DNA of 64,000 bases. Source: the human T2T-CHM13v2.0 reference genome, Homo sapiens. Shown here piece by piece: positions 17,041 through 31,126 of this stretch (position 1 is the stretch's first letter; every line of letters starts with the position of its first letter). The translations under genes and the position numbers were made by a program. The notes under the pieces were generated by a model, which saw only the letters and a program-made list of their open reading frames with translations, did no database searches and had not been told where the DNA came from. Where the stretch lies: assembly GCF_009914755.1 (NCBI RefSeq), contig NC_060925.1, one strand, 5' to 3'.

Positions 17041-18759
17041 AAGCAAAAAACAAACAACCCCATTAAAGACACAGACACTTCTCTAAAGAAGACATATGAG
17101 CAGCCAACAAATATTGAAAAAAATGCTCGACATCACTAATCAACAGAAATGTGAATGAAAACCACATCTCACACAAGTCAGAATGGCTATTATTAAAAAG
17201 TTTCAAAGCAACGTATGCTGGCTAAGCTGCAGAAAAAAAAAAATCATGTGTATACATTGTTTGTGGAAATGTAAATTAGTTCCGCCACTGTGGAAAGCAG
17301 TTTGGAGATTTCTCAAAGAACTTAAAATAGAAGTACTATTTGACCCAGCAATCCCAATGTTAGCTATCTATCCAAAAGAAAATAAGTTGCTCTACCAAAA
17401 AGACACCTCTACTCATACATTCATCACAGCACTATTCGCAATAGCAAAGACATGGCATCAACCTTGGTGCCCATCAATGGTGGACTGGATAAAGAAAATG
17501 TGATACATATACACAGTGGAATACTAGGCAGCTGTAAAAAAAAAATAATGAAATCATGTTCTTTGCAGCAAATGGATGAATTGGGAGGCAATAATCCTAA
17601 GCAAATTAACACAGCAACAGAAAACCAAATACCACATGTTCTCACTTATAAGTGGGAACTACATGTTGGATACTTATGGACATAAATATGGGAATGATAG
17701 ACACTGGGGACTACTAGAGGGGTAGGTACAGATATGAGTAACCATTGGAAATTTGACTAATATATACCATACTCACTACCTGAGTGGCAGAATCATTTGT
17801 ATCCAAACCTTCAGCATCACACAATATACCAGTGTAAAAAACCTGCATACGTACCTGAATCTAAAATAAAAGTTGAAATTATAAAAAGAGGAACAAAAAC
17901 AATGCTCATGCACAGATATGCATGTAAAAATGCCAGGGAGGGTTAATTCATAGCAATAGTTACTATTTAACCTACTTTACTTGAGGTTGACAAAGAAATC
18001 ATTTTTTAAATATTAATTTCTGTTTAGTACAGATTGTCCTTAGTCAGGGCTCCTAAACAGACTGCAAAGTTCTGATTGTATAATTACATACTATTGTAGG
18101 ATGAAAGAGAATTGGTAAACAGGCTCCTGCTGTGGCTATAGTACTAGACTGAAGTAGGACTAAAATTGCTCTAGGACTTTCTCTGGTAGAGAAGGTAGAC
18201 CTATCAATGGGGGAAAAAGTCATAACTAACATGATGTAGAATTTTTTTAAATTGTCATGTATATGAATTGAGAAAAAAATCATGCTATGGATATTATGAG
18301 ACCAGTCTCCCCAATGGAATAAAATAAAGTACTTGAACAGCTGCCATGTTAGCATCTGTTTGTCCATATCATCATCCAGTTAATAGAAAGACATAATTCC
18401 CACTCCTCACTCAATATATAGATGGAAGTGGTTTTTATGGTAAATAAAATTAGATTGCAATAAGACAAAAGTAATGATTCAGGGCTTGGTTAATGTTAAG
18501 TTTAAATATACATATCATGTTGAGAATTTTCTTTGAACACATAACAAAAAAAAAGTGCTACTGAATGAACATTATTGCAATGTAGTAAAGCAGAATGCAA
18601 ATTCCTTGAGGTCAGCATTCAAGTCTGTTTTCCTCGCAGCGGTGCCCACACCCCTAGCATACTGCCTGGCACACAGTAAATGCTCATTAAATATTTGTGA
18701 GGTACATGGACAGGGGAATGTGGTAGACAGCTGATGAAGCTGTTCTCCCACTGTTCCCC

Positions 18760-18929
18760 TAGGTGGATCATCCAAAGTCAATCGATTCTGAACTCTGAGG
18801 TCCAAGTCTGCCCTCCCCCTTCACTCTCCCCACAAGTGGGCGGGACAATCCTCCCATGACTTAAGCACAGGTGGACAGGGGTGGTCAGAGAGAGGAAGGG
18901 GCACTCAGAGATCCAGCAGGTGCTGCACC
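18760..18929 (+). promoter_or_regulatory. CYP4A22 proximal promoter / 5' UTR
   Basis: Immediately upstream of the ATG. CAAAGTCA (HNF4-like, 18773-18780) overlaps AATCGATT (ONECUT/HNF6-like, 18780-18787); GC box GGGCGG at 18838-18843; no canonical TATA. Motif matches only. Confidence 0.55.
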
Positions 18930-19124
18930 ATGAGTGTCTCTGTCCTGAGCCCCAGCAGACGCCTGGGTGGTGTCTCCGGGATCCTCCAAGTGACCTCCCT
19001 GCTCATTCTGCTTCTGCTGCTGATCAAGGCAGCTCAGCTCTACCTGCATAGGCAGTGGCTGCTCAAAGCCCTCCAGCAGTTCCCGTGCCCTCCCTCCCAC
19101 TGGCTCTTCGGGCACATCCAGGAG
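18930..19124 (+). CDS. CYP4A22: CYP4A22 exon 1 (codons 1-65; N-terminal membrane anchor and PPSHWLFGH region)
   Basis: ATG at 18930; [25 protein letters not shown]...GHIQE; donor GAG|gtaggg. RRLGG/QVT/KAAQ residues distinguish CYP4A22 from CYP4A11 (RLLGD/QAA/KAVQ, recalled). Confidence 0.97.
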
Positions 19125-19963
19125 GTAGGGAGGAACTCAGTGGGGGAGTGGGAGGGCAAGGAGGGATGCGGCTCTGAGACCCTGGTCACAAAATCCATAG
19201 AGCAAAGCCTTGTTTTGTAACAAACGTGAGGCCTCATAGGAACACCCAGCCTACCTCTCTGGTTTCAGCTTGTCCCAGTCATGAGGAGCTCACTCCTCCC
19301 ATGAAGCCCATCCTGCTGGTCCTCAGCTCTATCACACATGCCCTCCTTCTGCAGATATCAAGTGTGTCTTGGCAGTCCTGCACATGGAGGGCAATGCCTG
19401 ATTGTCTCCAGACTGATTACCCCATAAGCCTTGGCTTTTCTCAAAGAACAAGGCTTCTAGATGCTCCCTGTCCAGTCACTCAATGCCATTGTCTCTGCCT
19501 GGCCCTGCATTTGCCTGGGAGCACAGACACCCATCTGAGGACTCTGTGCCATGAGGAGTTCATGGTCTGTGAAGAATACAGGCAGGAATTTGAGAAGGTG
19601 TCAGACTGCAGGAAAAGAGCTCACTCTGCTGGGGTGGATATCTGAGGCAGAGATCTGCTGGTGTAGGGGACCAACTGGCTAAGTAAGTTTCCCCAAGACT
19701 CACGGAATTTCCACAACAGGTGATTTAGGACCTGAAAACCTGACAATTGTGGGTACACATGAAGGGGGCAGCCTGCACAATGTCCTCCAAGTGAGGAGAC
19801 TGGTGTTTGAGTTGCACATTGAACAGGGTGTATTGACCTCCTGGCTCTCCTCCCACGCACCCAGACTGTGAGCTCCCTGGAGGTGAGCATGTCATCCCCT
19901 TCCTGTGCCCCGGCAATCAGCAAAATCCTGGCACAGCTTGATGGTCAGCTCAGGTGAATAGAG

Positions 19964-20186
19964 CAAGCTTGTCCAACCCATGCCCCATGGGGCTGCATGT
20001 AGCTCAGGATGGCTTTGAATGTGGCCCGACACAAATTCGTAAACTTTCTTAAAACATTATGAGATTATTTTGCAATTTTTTTGAGCTCATCAGCTATCAT
20101 TAGTGTTCGTGTATTTTATGCACGGCCCAAGATAATTATTTTTCTTCCAATGTGGCCTAGGAAAGCCAAAAGATTGGACACACCAG
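19964..20186 (-). mobile_element. MER30 (hAT-Charlie MITE) in CYP4A22 intron 1
   Basis: caagcttgtccaacc...aaaagattggacacaccag; flanks gaatagag / gtgtagag resemble an 8-bp hAT TSD. Confidence 0.85.
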
Positions 20187-22223
20187 GTGTAGAGGAACAG
20201 AGGAAGAAGAGAAAGGAGCAGCAAGAGGGCTGAGGAGGGACACAGCCCATCCCCTGTGCACTGCTATCCCTGCATGGGGAGAGGGGCGGGTAGGAACAGA
20301 GCAAGGTAAACGGCTGCATGGAGAGGGACTCACCAAGGTGCTATGAATTGAACACACTTAAGTAGAGATAGGGGTTGCAGGGAGCTGAGGCCTATTGTTT
20401 CTCAGCAAAGGAGGCAACATAGTTCTCAGCAGAGCAGAACCAATGTGGGGACCTGACAAAGTTCTAGCCCTATATGGACTGGTCCCAATACCACTCCACC
20501 TTCTTTCCCATTCTCCTCTTTTACCATATGTTACTCACTACCTCACTACCTGCCTCTGCATTTCAACCTCTAGGCCTCTGATCACAATGTGCTTGCTACC
20601 TGGAATTATTTTCTCACTCATATCTATCGGTCAAGGCCCAGCACCAAGCTACCTTCTTCAAGAAGGCCTCCTGGGTCTCCCAGAAGTGAAGGGCCGACTC
20701 TTTTTTCTATGGGCTATCCTCAAGAGGCCAGAGCAGTGTTAACTTGACTTAGTTACTGTTCTGCAGTGTCATAAGTGTGGGATTCTTCTGGGAGAGACCA
20801 TCTCTGATTTATGTTTGTAACCTAATAGTCCCTCAGTAAATGATGACTCAGTGAGTGAGGAAGAGCTTTCTAATGTTCAGTTCTGAGTTAGGTCCCTCTT
20901 CAAAGCTTCCCCAGATGCTTGTCCTTCATTCCATATCATGTCCATTATCCCCTACTGCACAGCCTCTAATCTTCCTTACCCCCCAACTAGACTGAAAATT
21001 CCACACAGATAAGGACCACAGCTGTGTCCTAACGCAGTGCCTGAGCCACACTGGGCACATAGTATGTGTGCAGTAAGCATGGGCTGAATGAAGGAGCCTA
21101 CCCCACAGTAGGGCAAGCTGCCTCAGAGCTGGACAATATGATTATCAGAAGGAGGTGGGCAGACATTAGATACTTATGTGGTAGACAGTTGCTTTGAGTT
21201 ACTAGAAGCAGTTGAAATAAAGAAGAGTTGGCTACATGGAACATCACTAGGACCCAATGTCTTTGAGGGTTCCAGATGAGATTAAAGCAAAGCTGAGTCT
21301 TGAAAGCTGAGGAGAGGTGGCTGCTCTGTGGCAGATGGAAGGGCATTCAAGGTAGAGAAAAGAGCAAGTGCCAGGGCCCAGAAGAGTGAGCAGGTGTAGC
21401 TGGTGTGTGAATCAGCAGCAGTGGTGGCATCGGCGTTGGAGCTGAAACAAACGGGTGATGGTGGAATTGCCAGCAGGGCTGGAGGCAAGAAAAGAGAAGT
21501 TGAAGCCAGAAAGCCAAGGGCTTTGTGATCCACATCGAAGAGTTTAGAAAGATGACTGCAGGCAGCAGGGAGCTCATAATTCATTGATAAGTGAAAATGA
21601 GAATAAGAAACCCAAATCTCAAAATTATAGTCCAACACCAGCACCATATGCATATACTCAGACTCCATCCCATAAATCTGTACATATTCAACATGTAGAA
21701 TACTATTATGCACACAATTTTATAGTTAATCTTTTTTTGCTTAGCCATACACATCCCAAATGCTATTTTATCTCAACAAATATTTACCATATATTCTGGG
21801 ACAATACTGAAAATATAACAAGTATGATTATATAAAATTATTGTGTAATTTAAAATGTTCACATTAATTCATTTTATTCTCTAGATATACCAAATGATTT
21901 TACAAATCTGCTCATCAAGTAATACGAGTTATGCACATTGCCCAAGGAAATTGTTGTATTTATGACTTCCAGAGATGTTACACAACATGAAGACAATGGC
22001 TGACTTAAATTTCTGCTGGCAGCATTGAGTGAGGGCTCATAGCGCTTGGCCTAAGGTCAAGTCCTGGGGAGATACAAAGAATCTGGATCACAGCTCAGGT
22101 CATCAGAAACAGATCTAAATCCCTAACCCGTGCTACATGGCTCCTGTAGTTGTCCTGCCCTTCACTCCTGCTGCAAAGACTAGAAGTAAATGAAAGTGTT
22201 CATCTGTCTACCCTCGTTGACAG

Positions 22224-22365
22224 TTCCAACACGACCAGGAGCTACAACGGATTCAGGAACGGGTGAAGACATTCCCAAGTGCCTGTCCTTATTGGATATG
22301 GGGAGGCAAAGTTCGTGTCCAGCTCTATGACCCTGACTATATGAAGGTGATTCTGGGGAGATCAG
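22224..22365 (+). CDS. CYP4A22: CYP4A22 exon 2 (142 nt)
   Basis: gacag|TTC; [47 protein letters not shown]; G|gtgag. Confidence 0.97.
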
Positions 22366-23014
22366 GTGAGATCGAACCCCCATCCCAACTGCAATTTCTC
22401 TTCCCTCTTGACACATGCCCCTGGGTCTGTAAAATTCCAGAAGAGAGTGGCTGTTCAAACATCAATATCTGAAACCTCTCCCACGCATCCACCAAGCCCA
22501 CCATGCCCAGGCTGTAGTCAAAAATATTTACTGAATACTGAATGTTTAAAACAATATGTGGGGCTGAATTTTCTATTCTTTTTTCTATTTCTCTATTAAG
22601 AAAATTGAGGTTTTCTGAAACGTAAATTGCCCCAGATCTGTAAAACAAATTTCATACCCACATTGACTTGGGTTTCGAAGCTCTAATTGTTGCCTGTCCT
22701 GGTCAGGAGGTGACTAGGAAAACATCAATGTAGAAAAACCCATGGCTCTGTATTATTCATTGTCATTGAAGACCTAGCCTATGTATCTCACCAATTCACC
22801 TTCCTAGCCCTCTGGGTGTTTTCCTGCTGGAACACTGAGTCTGTCTTCCTGAGCCCACATTGACCTTCAGGACAGAAATAGAAGTGGATGGGAGTCAAGT
22901 GGGAGGTGACATGGGTCAAACTGCCAACTGACAGACACCAAGAACTGATGCTGCCTCTGAGACTGCCTTCTTAGTAACTCCTAGTTTCCTATAAAGCCCT
23001 TTCTTACTTTTCAG

Positions 23015-23059
23015 ACCCGAAATCCCATGGATCCTACAAATTCCTGGCTCCACGGATTG
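23015..23059 (+). CDS. CYP4A22: CYP4A22 exon 3 (45 nt)
   Basis: tttcag|AC; DPKSHGSYKFLAPRI; G|gtatgt. Confidence 0.96.
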
Positions 23060-23517
23060 GTATGTGTGCAAACTAGGACTGCAGCCCACTCCCTAGTTAG
23101 GTTTGAGTTATTTATTTGGCTCACAGAGAACAACAGATTAGAGGCCACCACTATCATGACCTCATCCCCAAATCAAGCCTCATTTCCCTCTTCTAACAAG
23201 ACCCTCACCCCTTCCTAATGCTGGTGCAAACCTTCCTGAGGCTCAGCTTCTTCCATTTCATGTCTCAGTTCTCTCCAGACATCCTTGGCTTCACATTTAT
23301 TTTACATCTGCCCACAACCCTTTTCAACCTTTATCTCACAGCTGTCATAATCACATGGATGTAGCAGCTCAATTAGAAAATTCACATGCCTGAAATATAC
23401 CTCCTTTTCCTGCATTTGCCCATGATGTGGCTTCTTCTGGATAGTTCTTCCCCCAGGAAGCCACCTTTCTCCCTCCCAAATTGTCACCAGTCATCCCTAG
23501 GTCCGTGCAGCCTCTGA

Positions 23518-23811
<294 letters not shown>

Positions 23812-24712
23812 TGAGAGTAGAGGGTTCCCCAGAGTTGTATAAGGTAGGAGAACACCCAGGCATCAGGTCATATCCACACTTTGTTCCCCACCATAGGAAT
23901 AGAGATTCATGGTGAACACAAGGCCCTTCTCCTCCCACTTTGGAACCTCAGCACAAGGGACTGGAGGCATATGCAATCTTGTTGGACAGTAGGACTTCCT
24001 ATGCTGGCTGGCCTGGGCAATGGCAGCTTCAGTGGCAGCATGGACAGGCCAAGATGTCACCCACCCAGGCTCTGGCCTGGGGCCCCAGGTTTCTGCATGG
24101 ATTTAAGCCACCCTGGGAAGGAAATGAACACCAGGTCTATGTTCTCAGAGCAATACCTTCCATAGATAGCATCATCTCCAGTCAGGACTCTGATTTCTCA
24201 CCCAACTGTGCCCAGCACATTTTGATGAATGGAAAAGAATTGAAGTCCCTGTTTTCTCTACAACACAGTGCCCATACTAGCCCCTTAAGCTATCTTTGGC
24301 ACTGAAACTTTCTGCCCTAAAGTTGGTGTCCTACTAGTCCCTCAGAACTAGCTCAGCTCTCAGAACACTGAAGAGTCCCCCATTATTTATCCCAGAACAA
24401 CAATAACAACAAAATTTTCACAAGCATATGTCCTAACTGAATCTCAAAATTCAATACTTAATCCATGCTATTGTGAGAGGATCTGTTGAATGTTGTATTA
24501 AAAGTGTGTGAGAATTAGGTGTCAGTTTACCAACACTGGCTTTACAGTCCCAGTTTCTACAATGCATCTGCTCTGTAAAGTGAAGAATCCCAACCAAGAT
24601 ATCTGCAAGCTACAGGAAAAAACAAGATATCTGCAGGTACATGAAAAAGCCAGGCCTTATTAGCAAAGCACTTCTTGGAGATTAAGAAGGTCCATGCCCC
24701 CTCCCACCACAG

Positions 24713-24837
24713 GACAAATGGGAAGAGCTCCTTGGCCAGGATTCCCCTCTGGAGGTCTTTCAGCACGTCTCCTTGATGACCCTGGACACCATCATGAAGA
24801 GTGCCTTCAGCCATCAGGGCAGCATCCAGGTGGACAG
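24713..24837 (+). CDS. CYP4A22: CYP4A22 exon 5 (125 nt)
   Basis: cacag|GAC; [41 protein letters not shown]; AG|gtcagt. Confidence 0.97.
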
Positions 24838-25205
24838 GTCAGTGACAACCCTCCAGCTGCAGAGCCCTTGTTCTTATCAAGTGGAGTGCACATACCTGAG
24901 GGGCAGGTGGGGCAGCGTGAAGGCTCACCGCCACACAAAGGAAGAGTCAGTCCCTGACCAAACTCTAATTCCTGTCCAGACCAAACAAAGTCTCAGGAAC
25001 AGATGCCTAATTCCTAGCACAGGTGGACCCTGGATGTTCATACCATCTGATAAAGGCCAAAGGATAATAGGGCTGTAAGATAGAAGAAACATTGCCTCAA
25101 GGCTGCTTGTCCCCATTATCCGAGGCTGCCTCCTCTCAGACCCCATTCTACTTCCGGGTAATGGGCCCACCCCTACTGCGGTCTCTTCTTCATACTCTCC
25201 CTCAG

Positions 25206-25360
25206 GAATTCTCAGTCCTACATCCAGGCCATTAGTGACCTGAACAGCCTGGTTTTTTGCCGTATGAGGAATGCCTTTCATGAGAATGACACCATCTACA
25301 GCCTGACCTCTGCTGGCCGCTGGACACACCGCGCCTGCCAGCTGGCCCATCAGCACACAG
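25206..25360 (+). CDS. CYP4A22: CYP4A22 exon 6 (155 nt)
   Basis: ctcag|G; [51 protein letters not shown]; G|gttctg. Confidence 0.97.
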
Positions 25361-25800
25361 GTTCTGTCTCTTCCTCTTGTCTCCCAGCCTTTCCCAGGCA
25401 CAGTGAAAGTACCTGCCCTGACTCCTCAGGCAGAGAAGGCCCCTAGTAATCCTGCAGAAGCCAGAACACACTCAGCCTGGGGAATTCCCTTGCTCAGGGG
25501 CTGGGAGCCAAGATGTGAGGGGCCGGATTCTGTGCCTTGGTTTATCAATGTCCCCACATGGAGATAACTGAATGAGACCCTGTCCAAACAGCATTCAAGA
25601 GGAGCCTCCATGAACTGTGCCACTGGTGGGAGGGGTGCCCTGCCTCACACAGTACTAGAGCTTCCACCCCTGACCCTGCACCCACACTCACATTCATGCT
25701 GAGATCTACCAGGCAACCACACTGGGGCAGTTGGGCAGCTAGGCCTCCTGGGGGCTGCTGACGGTCTCAGCTCTGCCTGGTAACCATTGTTCTGGTACAG

Positions 25801-25907
25801 ACCAAGTGATCCAACTGAGGAAGGCTCAACTACAGAAGGAGGGGGAGCTGGAGAAGATCAAGAGGAAGAGGCACTTGGATTTTCTGGACATCCTCCTCTT
25901 GGCCAAA
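25801..25907 (+). CDS. CYP4A22: CYP4A22 exon 7 (107 nt)
   Basis: tacag|AC; [36 protein letters not shown]; |gtgagt. Confidence 0.97.
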
Positions 25908-25954
25908 GTGAGTATGTGTAGGAGAGGCCTGAGTCTTTGCCCAGAAGTACATAG

Positions 25955-26185
<231 letters not shown>

Positions 26186-26280
26186 TGAGTGAGGGCTCAA
26201 AAGATGGGGTTCCCTGCCTTCTCCACAGGGGCCCCTGGTCTGCCCAGGCCTTGCTGGTGTTCAGGATGGAATTGTTTCAG

Positions 26281-26414
26281 GAACCACCTGGACCAGATGC
26301 CCTACACCACCATGTGCATTAAGGAGGCACTGAGGCTCTACCCACCGGTGCCAGGCATTGGAAGAGAGCTCAGCACTCCCGTCACCTTCCCTGATGGGCG
26401 CTCCTTGCCCAAAG
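26281..26414 (+). CDS. CYP4A22: CYP4A22 exon 9 (134 nt; ExxR motif)
   Basis: ttcag|G; [44 protein letters not shown]; G|gtatga. Confidence 0.97.
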
Positions 26415-27309
26415 GTATGAAGTTTCCCCACCCTCTCACCCAAAGTCTCCACGGGGACGTGTGGAGGGTGAGAAATCCATGTGTGCTTCAGAGTTCTGCA
26501 CATCTCTGGGTCTCCCTTTTGTTCTAAAAACATCAAAAACATACTTTGTATTTAGGATGAATTTGAAAAGTCTGGCCGAGAGCTTGAACCCACCGAAAGT
26601 TCAAGAAATAAATGTTAATCTCTGAATGTGGCCTTGGGTCAGTAACTGTAAAATCCTATTCCTTGAGATGTGCAGGGCTGGAAAGAGAATCAGACAAGGG
26701 CAGAGAGGGATGTGTTTCTTTCCTCATGGGGTCAGTGCAAAAGAGGCTTATCAGGAATCTCATTTCCTGGGTCAGCTGTTGTCCAGTCTCTGAGGAACCC
26801 TCAGGTTGATGGCAGAGAGCAGCCAATGACCAGATCTGGGGCCACCAAGCCTCAACTCCCCCAGTTCTGGTCCCAGTCCTGCTATAACCTAGTTGTGTGA
26901 ACACAGACAAGACAATTGGTCTCTCTGATACTCAGGTATCTCCCCTGAAAACTGAGAGCAAAAGAATGTCTTCCTTGGAGCATTGTTGTATTGAGTGAGT
27001 TCATGTATATTCTCCAATGACCCTTGGAGAATATTTGATGAATGTGAAATGTCACTGGACTTACTCTAAAGAGTAATGCTCTGATTCTTTTTTGCTTCTC
27101 ATTCCTGCATAAATGGTTGTCTATTCATCATCTGAACTCACATGCTTTGTCAAGCCTAACCCACCTGCATAATGGCAGAATCATCCTAGTCAAAGTGACA
27201 ATTTATAGAAAGTAGGTGTTTTGGGCCTTCTTTTGCCCCTGCAGGCTGAAGTACCAGGCCACCCCATGCAAATGATCGGTCTTCTCTCTCTTTCCAACCT
27301 GCACCACAG

Positions 27310-27374
27310 GTATCATGGTCCTCCTCTCCATTTATGGCCTTCACCACAACCCAAAAGTGTGGCCCAACCTAGAG
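27310..27374 (+). CDS. CYP4A22: CYP4A22 exon 10 (65 nt)
   Basis: cacag|GT; [22 protein letters not shown]; |gtatgt. Confidence 0.96.
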
Positions 27375-27520
27375 GTATGTGGTCCTTGAGAGGAGGAAAT
27401 GGGGTGATCTCTCAAGACCAATACCTTCTCCTGCTTCCACCTCTGGGAGTACTGTACCCTCATGGGTGGCAAGTAGGTGCTGGATCCTTAACTATCCTGG
27501 CTCTGGTGCTCTCTCTGCAG

Positions 27521-27597
27521 GTGTTTGACCCTTCCCGTTTTGCACCGGGTTCTGCTCAACACAGCCACGCTTTCCTGCCCTTCTCAGGAGGATCAAG
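27521..27597 (+). CDS. CYP4A22: CYP4A22 exon 11 (77 nt)
   Basis: ctgcag|GTG; [25 protein letters not shown]; AG|gtgaga. Confidence 0.97.
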
Positions 27598-30045
27598 GTG
27601 AGACGTCCTGTGTGGTAATTGGAATAGAGAAATGAGGGAAGTCTCTGGTCAACCCTCTGATCTTTGTGAGCCCGATGTTCATATGTGGCATCTTCAGGTG
27701 TGCTCTTAAATATTGGTATTTGTGGGAAAGTCAGGCACCTGGTGTGGGCGTCTCTGTGTACAAAAGGAAGGTGGCATTCAGAGCACCCCATGGAGACTTT
27801 GCTCCCTCTGCTTCTTCAAATGGGCAGCCTGAATTCACTGTCAGTGCATGTTCCAAACTTCAGTATATTCATGTATTTTCCTCACTTTAAGGATATGAAT
27901 TCTCAAAATTAGATATTCTCCAGTAAATTCAACTTCAGCTGTTTGCTTTTCTCAGTTGTCAGGAATAGTAAACTGTAGATTTCTCTCTCCCCACACATCC
28001 TCAATGCAGCACACTACCTTCCCTATTTAATTCACTAGTCTGTCGTAGAGATGAATCATTGAAATCTTTGCATCTGTTTATAATACAGATGACCTGCAAG
28101 TCCTACCTTTCAAGCCATATAAGGGAGAGGTTAAGGTAGCCCTTTGAAGAAAGTTTTACAACAGTGTGTGTCATATCATACATTTTTCTGTCTTGCCCAA
28201 TGACATTTTTACTTCATTATATAGTGTTCACATATTTACATCTATTTCCCCATTTGGCAAATTCTGTACATGCCTTGAGATCTTTATACCATAGTCCTGT
28301 AATCCACTTAGCACAATATTGGCCAAAAACATAAAAATGTGAACAGTACACTGTCTTGGAGAGAAAAGCCCAATAATTATCATATAACGCACAACATTTG
28401 AAGCCTCCTGGTATGTGAAATATAAAACACACTTGAAATAGCTGTTGAGCTGGAGAGGAAAACTCCAGAATGGCTGCGGTGGAAATCATCGTGGCATCAG
28501 GAATCGTCCTGTGACATACACACAGGCAAAAATGATAAAAATTCTTAGTAGAAACAAAGTTTGTTCAAAGAAATAATTATGTGACTTCTTCAAATGGTGA
28601 GTCCACTTACATAGAACAGGAAAGCTTCCTCCTGAAACTCCTTCTCCAGCACTGGTCTGTCTATCCCAGCATGAGGAAGTCCTTGTAAACATTGCCTGCA
28701 AATCATGTCGCTGCCACTAGAGAACCGGAGAGCATTCCTAAGCTCCATTTCTAGCTCAGAACTAATATTTTACTCTCAGTGTATTTCATTCTATTTTATT
28801 CATTTTAAAACTTAAATAACATCATTCAAATATAAAAGTATTTCTTAAGCTACCTCTCTGGGTCAAGTCCTATGCAGCATGATGAGAAAACAGAGATAAA
28901 AGGTACAAAAATGTGTTGTACAGAAATATATCCTGTGCTCCAGACACACATCGTTCCATCAACCATTCTTTCACTCATTCACTCACTGAGTGGCTTGTTG
29001 AGTGTCCCTGTCCCTGGTGCTGTCCGTGGCACTGGACTGTGAGTGTTCATGGACAAATCACGAATGCTACCTGGGGGCCTGGGAGGAAGAGGCCCAGCTG
29101 GCAGGGAGTGAGAGGCAGCTGGGCTGTGACTTTAGCCTTGAGGATGTGGCAGGCAGAGGTGGAGGGAGGACATTCTCAGCCATCTCCACATGAACAGGGC
29201 TAGGATGTGGGCTGGACAGGTAAAATGTGGGTGAGGCAAGAGCCCACGGAGGGCTTGTCTGCCGGCTGAGGCATTGGGATGCTGTCCCACCTGTGATGAA
29301 GAGCGTGGGAGGGTCTGAGCTGGGCTGTGGCTTCAGTGTGCAGGGAGGGGAAGCAGAAATCCAGAAAGTCCAAGTGACAAGACTGAGGAAGGACAAGGAT
29401 GGACGTTTCTGGAGTAGAGTTAGAAGGCTACAGGGGCTGGTGGATGGAGGAGTGAGGTTAGACAGGAGCCCGGACCCTGGGGTGGGAGGCAGGTGGGGCA
29501 ACACTGAGGATCACCCACCCAGTTCTCCTCCAGGAAGCCTCCCACTGCCCTTCTGACTCCCTTAATACACCCATCGGGGACCCCCTATGAGGATTCAGGT
29601 CCCTGTGTGTCCCACTACGTGGGAAGCACCTGAGAGTGTGGCCCACCCTCACCCTACAGGACCTGAACTGACCTCCGCACTGGAGAACAAGAAATGTTTG
29701 TGGAGGAGTGAACAAACCATTGATTAACTCTTTATTTATTCATGTGATTAGACTCTGTGCCTTAGAGCCCTGGCCCTGTCTTGATAGAGGGTTTCAGGCT
29801 GCTGAGAGCAGAGGTAGAAGGTAGGAGTTAGGAGTTAGCCCAGGAAGACGGCTCTGTCCAAGGTTTGGGACAGTGTGAAGCCAGGATGGGGTAGAAGTGT
29901 CCGTGGGCTGTAAGTGTGCAGGGGCTGGACACATGAGGTTGGGCACTGAATGTCCACCTCAGGGCTGGGGTCAGGGGCCAAAACCTGCTCAGATCAGAAT
30001 GGGGCCTGAGGACACGTCTCAATTCATTGTCTCCGCCTGGCCCAG

Positions 30046-30241
30046 GAACTGCATCGGGAAACAATTTGCCATGAACCAGCTGAAGGTGGCCAGGGCCCTG
30101 ACCCTGCTCCGCTTTGAGCTGCTGCCTGATCCCACCAGGATCCCCATCCCCATGGCACGACTTGTGTTGAAATCCAAAAATGGAATCCACCTGCGTCTCA
30201 GGAGGCTCCCTAACCCTTGTGAAGACAAGGACCAGCTTTGA
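30046..30241 (+). CDS. CYP4A22: CYP4A22 exon 12 coding part (heme-ligand Cys457, stop TGA)
   Basis: cccag|G; [65 protein letters not shown]. The 12 exons sum to 1560 nt in one frame. Confidence 0.97.
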
Positions 30242-30439
30242 GGGCCTCCACCTGCCGTCCTGTCTTCCTGACCCCCACTCCTATCTCCTGCCTGTCTGCC
30301 TCTGTCCTGCTTTCTGTCTGCCCACCTTCCCTTCTTCCCACCTGCCTGCTGTCCCCCAGTCTGCCTGCCCTTCTCTCTCTCACCTTTCTCCAGGCTCCCT
30401 ACCTGCTTGTCTACCTGTCTCCTACCCACCTGTATCTCT

Positions 30440-31031
30440 TGTTGGGAGAAAAGCTGAGTGTTGGGAGAAGCTGAGGCCGAGCTTGCATGTCTGACATAAT
30501 GTAAAAGAGTCTTGAATCATGTCCAGGATCCAGGGTCTAAAACCCCTTGTGGCCTTTGGAACACCAAGCTCTGTGCTGAAGGGTGGAAGGCTACCCTGAC
30601 GCACCATAATCTAAGCCCGGGGCATAAAACCCCTCGTGGCTTGGATAGAATCCAGGGCTCGTGGCTCTGGAATGTGTCTGGACTTGCTGCCTCCTCGCTC
30701 CTTGCTCTCCCAGGATCAATTGTATCTTGAGTTAAAAGAACCTGCTCTCCATTATCTCAAGTAGCAGAGCAGATGCTAAACCGTCACAGCTGTAAATCAT
30801 GTGCTTAATGCAACATGCCCTTTCGACCCACCCCCCATTCTCACCACCTGTTTCTTTGTTTGATCACCAATAAATAATCTGCACTTCCAGAGCTCGGGGC
30901 CTTCACAGCCTCCATCCTTAGCTTTGGCGCCCTGGACCCACTTTCTCTCTCAAACTGTCTTTTCTCATTCCTTTGACTCTGCCGGACTTTGTCACCCCCA
31001 CGACCTGGTGTTGGGTCCGATAACCCCAACA
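30440..31031 (+). mobile_element. Solo ERVK LTR (LTR14B/HML-1-like) in the CYP4A22 3' UTR
   Basis: TGTTGGG...CCCAACA termini, 592 bp, internal AATAAA, imperfect TSD tctct / tccct. Confidence 0.82.
30869..30874 (+). terminator. AATAAA polyadenylation signal inside the LTR in the CYP4A22 3' UTR
   Basis: First AATAAA I find after the stop codon; lies in a sense-oriented LTR. Confidence 0.6.
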
Positions 31032-31126
31032 TCCCTGAATCTCCACCCACCTCCCAAACTCCTGCCTGCCCTCCAGACTGTCTGCCCATACACCTGTCTC
31101 CTTCTTCCTGCCTGCTTGTCTGTTCC

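Larger units (their letters stand above)
13275..17890 (+). mobile_element. L1PA15/16-like host element (pieces 13275-13456, 13721-13998, 17039-17890) interrupted by AluY, L1PA7 and LTR5A
   Basis: Host reads contiguously across the insert: ...ttaaacaattca (13998) | acaagcaaaaaacaaac (17039). Confidence 0.8.
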
